Of a DNA stretch of 64,000 bases, positions 11,483-23,300 are shown in pieces. The stretch is from Proteromonas lacertae (taxonomy: Eukaryota). The translations under genes and the position numbers were made by a program. The notes beneath the pieces were generated by a model. It did not search any database. It saw nothing but the letters and a program-made list of their open reading frames with translations, and was not told the DNA's origin. Every line of letters starts with the position of its first letter. Within the stretch, counting starts at the first letter, position 1. The DNA lies in the NCBI GenBank assembly GCA_002245135.1, contig NGBS01000001.1, positions 124,001 to 188,000 of the forward strand. Direction: 5' to 3'.

Positions 11483-11652
11483 GGAGCAAATTCAAATAAA
11501 GAATCAAAAGATTTGAAGTGAAATTATATTGGATAAAAGAAAAGTAGAGTAGATTATTTAAATAATTTTAAACTGTCAACTGATAAAACGGCTATTCTAA
11601 CTCTATAATTTCAAACAAAATTGAATATTTATTAAACATTATATATTTCTAC

Positions 11653-12454
11653 TCAATGTAATTTGTTTTTAACAATGTTCTTCGTTATTTCTAGCAATGA
11701 TACATCTTGACACTGCACACTTTCTTCTGCAGTTATAGTATCTGCATTTTCACTTACTTTTGATTTACAATGTGAAAATCCAGTCTTCCACCTTTTCATA
11801 TTCCATTCATAATCGCTTGGATATTCTTTATTTCCTACATATCTACTAACTTCATTATGAAATTCGCTTAACCATACAACATACTCTTTTTGAGAATTTA
11901 ATTGAGGAGGGTTATGTTTCATATACATTCTCATGTGTAAAGCACACAATCTACAAGGATATAAATTACTTAGAGATATTAAAAAATTCAATAGATATTG
12001 TTGATTTTCTTTGGTAGGATTGTAATATACAGACATTGTGTGTAATAAAGTCCATGTATCATGCCCCAGCCTTCTTCTGTCAGGTGGGCAATCTTCATGA
12101 TCGTGAAATGGAATGGATTCTGTTAATTTTGATTCTTCGTTCGTCTTATCTTCTGACATTTGGGATGTTATATTGAAAAAATTAGTCATTGTATCATGAC
12201 ATACTGGATCGTCACAATTTTCTTTAATATCGTTTATACTAACTGCGATTCCTCTATTATACATCCAGCAACTTCCAACACCTAGTAGTACTCCACCAAA
12301 CACATAATATTTACTTAAATTAGAATTATTCTAACAAACATAACTCCAAAATCTATACTTTTACAGAATGTGTGGTTATTGATCTAGATATTTGGGGTAC
12401 ACTTTTAATTAATGAAATATTCTTAATAGGTAACTTTATAATTCTAGAAAACAT
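11653..12454 (-). CDS. ERV1: Erv1/ALR FAD-linked sulfhydryl oxidase with N-terminal presequence and transmembrane segment; intron 12331-12358
   Basis: CPPDRRRLGHDTWTLLHTM, LYPCRLCALH (redox CxxC), WLSEFHNEVS. Spliced N-terminus MFSRIIKLPIKNISLIKSVPQISRSITTHSVK|NNSNLSKYYVFGGVLLGVGSCWMY. Confidence 0.9.
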
Positions 12455-12524
12455 GAATAGAAGAGAAGAAGAAGAAAAAAGAAAAATCAGAAATAACTTG
12501 ACTTGATCAAAATAAAATTTAAAA

Positions 12525-14018
12525 ATGTCATTTCTTGGATTGTTTAGAAGGACTAATAGAATAATTAATGGAATATCTATACCAAAATCAATTACTGATA
12601 GAATGAAGAATTATAGGATTAGTAAAGACACAATTCAACAAATTCAGAAAGGTATGATGATTGTAGCTTAACGTCTTATAGATAGCACTTTATTTAATAA
12701 TGAAGAATTGAGAATGTTGACAATAGCTGGCAAATCAAAATCGTTTTTGAAGTATGAAGAAAAGAAAGCTGAAGAAAGTGATAAAATAAGAGAAGCGTAT
12801 TCTCCATTAATTCGTTCAAAAAAAGCCACAGTTGAAATGATGCAAGATGCAATTAAGAAACAAAATGATTTACTATACGAAGAATATTCTCCTTTATTTG
12901 CAAAAGAATTCTCATATGAATATAGAAAGTTGATGTTAGAAGAAGATTTCCCTGAATTAGATGATGAAACAAAGAATTACATATTATCATTATCAGAATC
13001 TGAGTGGAATAAACTGGTAAATAATGTTAACAAATTTGTTTTATCTCCTTCAGAACAACTAGAAGCAGAGAAATCAAACAAAATATTTCAAGAGAAATTG
13101 AATACGCTAAATTACGTCATGTCAAAAGCAATGAATGAAGTAGAAGAAAAGAAACTATTAGATGATAAAAGCACAGAAAAAATCAAACAGAAACAAAGTC
13201 AATTAAAAGAAAATTCAATGGATTTAGAAGTGAAAGATATGTTGGGATATAATTTAAAAGATTTAGAAACAATGACAGATGAGCAAATGGATTATTTCTT
13301 AAAGAAAAACTCAAAGCTATTTGATAATATAGTTAATGAAGGAATGGGTGAAGATGCTGATAAAATAATAAACTCTAATGAGTTTAAGAACTTTGTAAAG
13401 ACAATGGATAGTAGTAACTCTTTTGATAAACTGTCAGATTTGCCAGGAATGAAAGATATAATGAAAACAACTAATAAACTAGAAGTATTAATATTATCTT
13501 ATATTTTATAGTCATTAACTGCAATGTCTAATTCATCTTTTAGTGACGATATTAGGAAAGATTTATCTTCAAAAATAAATGATAATTTATTGGATGGTGA
13601 TGTTAATAATGATGATAATAATACAGGTGAATCAAAGGTGAATAATGACATAGATAATAATGTAGATATGAAAAATGAAGAAGAGTTTAATGAAATAAAG
13701 GACCAAATGATTAGATATTTTGAAAAGAGAGTAAAAATTGATCCAAATACCCCTAAGGATGTTAGACAAATGAAAAATGCAGAAAATTTCATTAAAGAAT
13801 ATATTGATCTTCAAAATCAGATGAAAAAAGAGAATAAAAATGGTAAAATTGTTAGTGAAAACAAAGATTTGAATGAAGTTACTGAAAAATTGAACGAATT
13901 AGTTGATGAAATGAAGAAAGAATTCATGAAAGAAGAGGATATGGATGAAAATGAATTAAAGGGATGGATTGATGTAATAAGTGACAAAATGGAAGGCAAA
14001 GTAAATAAAAAGCAATAA
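12525..14018 (+). CDS. Hypothetical helical/coiled-coil protein, probable mitochondrial presequence; introns 12652-12681, 13485-13511
   Basis: MSFLGLFRRTNRIINGISIPKS.. splices in frame to ORFs 12708 and 13524; no recognisable domain. Confidence 0.7.
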
Positions 14019-14138
14019 CCGTTATTTTTAGTTTGTATAAGTGTTTTTAATAGAGTATTTCATAAAAAAACAGAATTAAGCTCGATTATGGTTTGATTCA
14101 TTCAATTTTTTTTGTTTTCTTCCTGATATTAAACTTGA

Positions 14139-15870
14139 ATGTCATTAAACACATTCCCAACAGACAAGCCTAATGTTCCTGAAGTATTGGACAAAACATT
14201 TCATACAGTTACTGAAAGATTAACAGTATATACTTCTTTTGAGGTTTATTTAACTAGAATTTAAATGAAAAATTTAGTAAGCTACTGACAGATTTAAATT
14301 TGAGTGAATGGAATATCCAGACACCACCAATATTAATAAAATGCCCATTAACAGATGGCCATTTGCTTCCGCAAGATTCACTTAACTCCCATCTTGTATA
14401 ATTGTGATTTATGTAATTAAAATTAGAGAATAGTCCATCATATAAAAAATCAATATGACAATTCGCAGAGTCATGATTTTTTCTATCAAAACTGTCCTAA
14501 TGTTAAAACTAAAATCAAATACTCACACAGAACATTCAATTTTCAAAACAATCAACAGCAACAAACCCAACAAGCATCAGAAACTCAATCAGATAATTAT
14601 GAGAATAACAATATAATTGATCCATCCATTGTAATGAATAATAACATCTCTCTTATCCCTTACAGTCAAGTAAACCAATTAAATTCCAATGAAATTGATG
14701 AAAATCTATTGGTTGTTGATAATAATACAGTTGATGATAATAATACAGAAATACCATTAGTTGAAAAACAATATAGAGATATTAATCTATCAATACTTCC
14801 ATTGCATGAGATGGATAAACAAATAGAATCATTGAATCAAATACCACAACATTATTGTAAGTTAGAAATTAATCCGATAGAAGGAATAAGATTACAGAAT
14901 ATTATCAAAAGAATATTAGAAAAATTATCATTACATTGTGATGATGATTTAGTGAATTATATTTGTGGTTTATTAAAATCAGATGAGAATTCAAATCCAC
15001 AAAAGATATATGAAGAAATAAAAGAATTCTATGGATCGAAGACTAAAACTTTTGTATTAGCTCTATGGAAATATATAATGAAAATTACACTTCGAATTGA
15101 ACATGAAAAAGTATATATATATATACTTTATGTTATTTATAAAATAATAGTTATTAGAAAGAGGTATTATCTCCTTAAAATCAATAGTACATGACAGTGA
15201 AGATGAAATGTTGAAAGATAAACCAAAAGAAAGTGAAAATACTGAATTATTGAATATATTTATGGAAAAAGAGAAGATTGATAGAGATTTAGAGAATGAA
15301 ATGCCAAAGAATCTGACAGAAGAACAAAAAGCTCAATGGATAGAAACAATGAATAAAAAAGATTATAAACGAAGAAGACAAACTTATCGAGCCAAATTAA
15401 CTCATTTAACAAAAAGAACTCCTATTCAAGTGCAAAGAGATTTAATTAATACAACTTATTTATTATTGTGTGATGAATATGGATTTAAACTGAATGGTGA
15501 AGTATTATATATATATATATATATATATCATTAGATTGAGAGAGTCACTACAATAACAACCCCTCAAGATTTAGATGCTGAATCAAGAGTGAAAGCAGCT
15601 GTTAAGATAGAACAATATGATGATCCTTTAGATGCAAGAGATGAAATACATAGAAATGGTGAGTATAATAATAGAAGTAGTAGGAGTAGAAGTAGAAGTA
15701 GAAGAAGTAATAGTAATAGAAGAAGAAGTAATAGAGATGAAAGTAGAAGTAGAAGTATAGATGAAAGTAAAGAAAGAGAGAATAGTAGTAAAAAAAGAAA
15801 AAGATCAAGATCTCATTCTTCTTCTCATCATCATCACCACCATCACAGTAGTAAAAGGAGTAAACATTAA
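14139..15870 (+). CDS. SNRNP48: U11/U12 snRNP 48 kDa protein-like (zinc finger + PWI-like insert + RS tail); 4 introns
   Basis: CPLTDGHLLPQDSLNSHL (U11-48K finger, last ligand apparently His), FFYQN, the hallmark DYKRRRQTYRAK..TKRTPIQVQRDLI, and an RS/His-rich C-terminus. Confidence 0.82.
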
Positions 15871-16016
15871 GTATATATTTCGTTGTTTTTTCCCAATTAA
15901 TAATTACATTAATCAAATAAGTAAAAGATATATGTATATATATTTTACTTCATGTATTGAAATGAACAATTATAACATCATAAAAATAATTAAAAAACAC
16001 TAAGATAATTATCACA

Positions 16017-17179
16017 TCAGTTCACTTCTTCATTCTTACTATCTTTTACTATGAAATATAATCCTAAAAATATTCCAATTCCACCAATAATACTCATATC
16101 TATTTTTTCACCAAGTAAAGGATAAGCAACTAAAGCAGAAACTAATGGTTGAAGAGTTGAATAACATGAAACAATCGAAGCATCTAAATAATTATTAGCA
16201 ACTGTCATTAAAAAATACCCAGCAACTGAGGAAAAGAAAATCCAATACAACAGAGGAAGAATAGCATTCTTTGGTATTATAAATAAAGAAGGAGTTGGTA
16301 GATAATAAGAACATGTTAATGTCATTAATACAAACGCAATTAGATAGGAGAAAGTACAAACAGTTATTGCAGAATACTTCTTTAAAGGTTTCTTTGATAG
16401 TATCTAAATGCTAATAGAAAATAATTAACAATACAACATATAATGAACTACAAAGACAATTCCCAAAGAAGAATAACGATCCAATAATTAAATCATTTTG
16501 TTGAGCGTTAATATTTCCATCAGAATTGGGATTAATATAATATTCAATAATTACAATAGAAAAAGCTCCAAGCATTGATAAAGCAATACCAATTATTTTA
16601 TTCATTGATGCTTTTTCGATCTTTATTATAATAGCTATAATAATAGTAAAAGCTGGCTGGCTTGTCTGCCATAGTGAACCTATTACAGCTGGAGCTTTTG
16701 ATAAACCCAAAACCATTAGAGCTTGATTGCCATACATTGCTAATCCTGTATATATAACCATTCCAACATCTTCTGTTTGAAATGGAATTATGGATTTTGT
16801 TTTACATAAATACTTCTACATATATTATATTTTAATACCATATATATATACATAAACCATATACATAATCAATCCAGCAAATCCTTCTCTATACATTGCA
16901 AATATAAGCGACGGAACTGACGATTTACCATTAAAGGCATATCTACCAATCGGACTACCACAACCAAATATTACCTATCAAAACACATACCATAATCACA
17001 GTATTTATACTTGGACTGCCACACATGCTAAATGAGATAAAACAAAAACCGAATAATGAATGTTCTTATCTTTTGTTTTACCAAGTAGTGAAGCAGATTC
17101 TTCAACATCGTAATCACCTATTACAAGACAGATTAAAATTAAAACTACTCAAATGATCTTGTGATCCCTTTCTTTGCAT
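16017..17179 (-). CDS. EamA/WAT1-like drug-metabolite transporter; 4 introns
   Basis: Multiple TM segments; FAMYREG, GNQALMVLGL..SQPAFTIIIA..IEK..KIIGIALSMLGA, GNCLCSSLY, YSTLQPLVSALVA..LGE. Confidence 0.88.
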
Positions 17180-17322
17180 TTTATTAACCGATTAAATAGA
17201 TTATCTGATTATATAAAAATCAACAAATCAAAATTGATGATTCTATGAAGAAATAAACTTTATGAAAATATATCCGTTTCAATATTTAGTTTTTTAATTC
17301 AAAACATTAATACAATCAGTAA

Positions 17323-20300
17323 TTATTTAATTTTCGTTTTTAATGATATAACACCGCTAATTTCTTCATCCACTTTTAATTTTCTTTCAACAATATCCTT
17401 CTTTTTTTCTCCAAAATGAATTGGCTTTCTTCCATGATACCAATTCTTATGCACAAGTGGAGCTATTTATGTAAATAGTAATAAAATAAATAATACGATG
17501 AGCTTCAATTATAGCTGGAGGTATTGACAATAAATAATCAATGTCATTCATTTTACTATCATTTTCTACATCTGGCTCTTGCAACTGCAATATATTATTC
17601 AGAGAAACATCAACAATTCTGTCATATGGATTAATTAAATAATCATAATGACTATATTATAAAACAATATAAATATAATAAAATACTAGTTTGGATATAA
17701 TTCTAAAGGTAATAAAGTTTCAAGTTTTTCCTCTGCAATTATAGACTTAGTGGCTGATGAAATAATAGGAACTATTCCTTCACAACTTATTCTTATTTTC
17801 CATAAATAATTATTATGTCCTTTCAAATATATATAAATGTAATTATAATATTTCTTTACCTTTCTTAACTTCATTAATACATTCAACTCTCTTTCTTCAC
17901 CAGGTAATAGAATGAATTTATTGATTGGTTCAATCTTTATTGTACATATATCCGTTATAAGTGTTGGTAAAAATGGTTCTGTATCTAATGGAAATAATGA
18001 TAATTGTAATGGAATCTTCGATTTATTCTTTAATGTGAATGGCTTCTTTTCTACAAAATCTAAAGTAATTTCATTAAAATCAATTTCTATAATAATTACA
18101 ATATAATAATATTTATACCATTTGGATAATTTAAATTTAATATATCTCCAATTCCTTTTAATATGATATTTGTTACTAGAATATGATTTGCATATACTTC
18201 AATATTACCATTATAATCTCTTTCTTCTTTTGGTGTAAATTTTATGGTTATTCTCTCTGTTCCATCTATCTTCAACAACCTTGAATCTGTAGAAAATTTA
18301 AAACCTTCTGGAATATTCTTGAATGAAACGACAAATGGACATTGACATATATTTGATACAGAAATAACTTCTTCATATTCTTCATTCAATATACCAACAC
18401 CAAAATCTATAGAATTAGATTTTTCTATATATATCTTTGGCTTAACAGCTTTTCCATCAAGAGATGTAGAAAAACTGAATTAAAGAATACTTTATATTAT
18501 ATATTATAAAATGATATATTTTCATTGTGTCTTCATTATCATCTTCTATTTCTATTAACAACATTCCTTCACACAGTTGTTCATATTTTGGATTAAATAA
18601 AACAGTTACTCCATAATGAGTATGAGAAGATATTTGGAAATGTCTTTCATCATTTATTGAGAAATCACCTCCTTTGACGACACTTTTACAGTTCAATACT
18701 CTATCTGATTTATTTTCCATATCAAATTTCATTTGCCTTTTTTCACCTAACAAAATTGTTCCAAAGTGTAATGTTCTATGTTCTCTCTTGATGAATAAGG
18801 TTGTTTGTTTAGAGATTGCATGTAAAGGTATTATCTTCGTTTGGAATCTATTAATAAACAGCAATAGGACAATTATAATATACAGTTCTTTGTAAGTGGA
18901 TATTGATATTGTAACTGGATTTTTTGATGAATTGAATGGTTGAAAAGCACAATAACTCAACAAAAAGTCTAACGAAGCATTTGGATAAATGAAACCTTGT
19001 GATGGATTACAGGTGAAATATGTTATATTGGATAATTCAATATTGAACGGAACTGGAAAATTGTTTGGATTGGTGATTTGGAATGTTAAAGATACTGTCT
19101 CTTCTACATCTGCTTTACCAAAATCATATCCAGTAACTATTAATAATAATATATAGAGTATAATATACTTGGTAAATCTTTTAGTACTGGTTCTGTTAGC
19201 CCAATAACATTGTATTTAATCAATATTCCATATATTCTAAAGTTTCTAAAAGTAATAAAAATATAGTCGTTATGAATTCCTAAATCTTCTCTTGTGATTT
19301 TTAATAAGTCTGATTCTGATGGAACACCATTCTTATCAATTGAATAATTGGATGTTATATTGAATATAATCTCTATTATTAATAAATAAATCTTTATATA
19401 TATATATATATACTCTTATCAATCTTTTCATTTTTCATATTCAAATAACTATCTACAACATCACCTGTTATTGATAAATAATTGTTATATTTATAACTAT
19501 CTCCCATTAATGTAGCTGGATTTGTATTGTTATATCCATTAGGTAAATTAATACCTGCATAATTAGTAAGACTTACTGGAGGTTGATATGATATGGAATA
19601 TGGAATACTATAGAAATTATTTATATAATTATACGGAATATCACATAGATTTCTCAATATTATTTCATTTGTATATGTCTTTCCAATATAAATCTTACCA
19701 AAATCAATTTCTTTTGGTATTTCATCAATTCTAATGTAATAACAATACAAAATAAATATACTTATATTCAATTCCACTACCTTTAAAAAACACTTTAATC
19801 ACTGTACAATTCAAATTGATAGTCATTTCAGCTTTGATTTGACAAGTATGTTTTGGTTCAAAGAAAACAATAACACTTTTAGTTTCATTCTAAACATAAT
19901 AATAATAATAACCAATAGATAATCAATACTTCAGATATATCATCAAATACTAATGTTGATATATAATCTATTGGAGTATCATATTTCGATTTGTACTTAT
20001 TCTTTGGTACAAGTGAAACTGTCCCATTTCCTTTAGCTAATCCCAATGAATATACACATTTTTCCTAACAAATAAACAATAACAATAAAATATATATACT
20101 TCATCTGATTTTAATACATTCAATACAGCTCTTCCTTCAATAATACCACTTCCTTTATTAGTTAAAGGCAATTTCCATTTCATTTTGCATTGTAAAGGAC
20201 AATAACCAAAATCATATGTTATATAAATATGACCATTCTCATCTTTCTTAATTGTAGTGGGAGTTCTACCATCATTTATACTATTATTATTACTATTATC

Positions 20301-23300
20301 TACTGAATTAGAAGTTGTAGAAGTTTTATTCTGTAAATAATTTGCATTTTGAATATTTTCTATCATTGCATCATAATCAAGTATTGGATGACCAACTTTC
20401 GCTTTTAAATTAAACTCCAAATCTGGATTTTGATCTTTTCGAGTAAAGATTAATATTTTACCATTATATTCTACATCTTCTTCACCATTCAATGCTTTAA
20501 ATACTATCATCATTTGCGTACTTTCATGTGGTTGAACTTCAGAATTCTCAAATTCACAGGTGAAATAACCATTAGGAGTATTATCACCTAATTGTAATTC
20601 ATAATTGAAGTTGATTATATTATTTGATCTATTTTTGATTGTTCTTATTACTATCTTTGTATGACCATATGCAACTCTATAAGAATAGATAAATGAAGTA
20701 TATATATATATATACCTTTTAAAATCAATATTGAGATATTCATCCTTTTTATCCTTTTTCTTCTTCTCTCGTTTCTTTATTTTACTTTCTTTTAATCGAG
20801 GAATCTTCTTCAGTTTTATATAGTTACCAATTTCATCTATATATCCTCCATTTTCATCTAATTTAATATTACTAACATCAATTATATCACCATTATCATT
20901 ACAATATACATATTGTATCTCATTATTCTCATTCTTTACAAAATCTTCTTCAGATAATACTTCTCCATTTATATCAATATATTCGCCATTCTCATTTATA
21001 CTTACTCTCACAGTATCTGGTGGTATTTCATATACTTTATGGTAATTACCTTCTGCATCAGTATATCCATTATTTTCATCTAATTGTATATCTTCAATAT
21101 TCACTTTTCTACCCTTTTCATCAATATATATTACTGTATTCTTTAACTTCATTATATCTTCATTCTCACTATTACTGTCATCATCTTCATCATCATCACT
21201 TATTTCTCTCACTATTTCTTCACCTGTTTCTTCATCAACAACAATCTCAGTTTTATGTTTTTTCTTTTTATTCATTATTAATCCACCTTGCTTCACTAAC
21301 TCACGCTGATGCTTTAGGAATTGTTTTCTTTTCAAAATACTTTTCTTTCTTTTAATTATTTCTTCATTGTCTTTACTACCTTCTAATCTCTTTATTTCAT
21401 TCTCCAATTCACTTAATTCATCCATTTCTTCATCTTCATCCTTATTATAATTGTAATTATTATATTCGTCATTATTATCATCATCATATTTCTCTATACC
21501 ATTATTATCATTATTCATTTCATCTTCATCATCATTTATGATTAAATTTGGCTGTGGTTTATCTATTGAACTGTTTATGCTAACAATAATATCATAATTA
21601 TCATTGTAAAGATTCAATATTCCAATATTTGTCTTATATTCTTTACCAATTTTACCTTTTCCTGTATTTATAAAGAGAGTTAACAATAATTCACTATTTC
21701 CATTAATTTGACCTGTTGATGGTTGAATAGAATAAATTTCTTCATTTGAATTAATATCTATTTTGAATGAAACTGTTTCTTTGGAAATATTTTGGATTTT
21801 TATTGACTTTTCGATAATTTCATCATGAGGTAGTTTTCCATAATCTATTTCTTTATTTTCATTATACACTAGTGATGGAGGTGGTAAAATAAGTGATGCT
21901 TCTATAGTCTCAGTACAATCAACACATTCATTACCTTTATTAACTATATCAAACTTACAATCGATTTTTCTATTGCCTTCTTCATCATACAAGACTTCAG
22001 CATCATTATCTAATAGTAGTGGTTTATTTGCATCTAATTTCACCTTGAAATTGATTTTTTCTTTCGGTTTACATGTTCCATGTAATGGATTAACCGTCCA
22101 ATAATATAGCGAATCACTTTTCATATTAATTACAAATGGAACTGTTACAGTAGACTTATTAATAATTGTAAATTCACTATTTAACTGTGTTTTATACATA
22201 CATTTACCAATATTAATCAGTTTTGGAGTTGTTAAGTATAACTGTGGATCAGGTAGCTTTATTCCAGCAACAAGTGTAACTTTACCATCATAACTATTCA
22301 TAAACTCATTAAACACTTTGATTTCTATTTCACTTTCTGGTTTTTGCACATTTGCTACAAATGCTATATCTAATGTAATTTTATTATTTGCTGGAACACA
22401 ATTATCATGTATTATTTGCCATGAACTTATATCGTCTGTTAAATACTCAATCTTAGTGTGAATGGGCATATTTGAGTCATTTGTTATATCTAATTTATAA
22501 GTTCCTTTTCTTCTCCAATCAATATTACCAATTGTTATTTTGGATCTATTACTTTCGACTTTTAATGGAGCTTCTATTATATCGATTGTGGTTGGAATAT
22601 TGATTACTTTATTCACATGTCTAAGTGGTATAACTGTTAAACTTCCGTTATATATCTATTCATAATAAGAAACAAATAATATACTTCAACTGCGTTTGGA
22701 CTATAAATAACTACTAATAAATTGATACTTTCTTGTGATTTCAATGTATAATTATTCATTTGTTTCTTTTCACTGTATATTGGGAATATATTATAATATG
22801 TTTCATCTCTATAATACTCAATGTCTTTGTTATTCTGAAATACAGACATTATTCTATCATCAGAAACTGGAGTATTTTTATTGTAAAATACTTTACAAAT
22901 ATGATATAAATCTGGATTATTAGTAGCTAATAGAAACTATTCAAATAACATAATAAATATAATAATAATAATAATATACTCTTCCAATGAATGAACCAGT
23001 ATTAGTAATATTAATCACTTTCTTATGTAAAAATCCTGGACAGATAGCACCAAATGACAGATTCTCTTTTACTATATATTCTGTATTACCACCTTCAATA
23101 ACTACAGGTATTTCCTTCTTTGAATAAATGGCATCAATTATCAAATTACCATGCTGAATTCCTGTTTCTAATATTGTAGCTTCTACACTGAAACAAACTA
23201 TAGTTTGAGGTTGTAATTCATATCTATTATCTTCACCTAATTCACATTTACCATTGGTTTTATCTTTCTCTAACATTATATTTAATGGAAAAATATCGCC

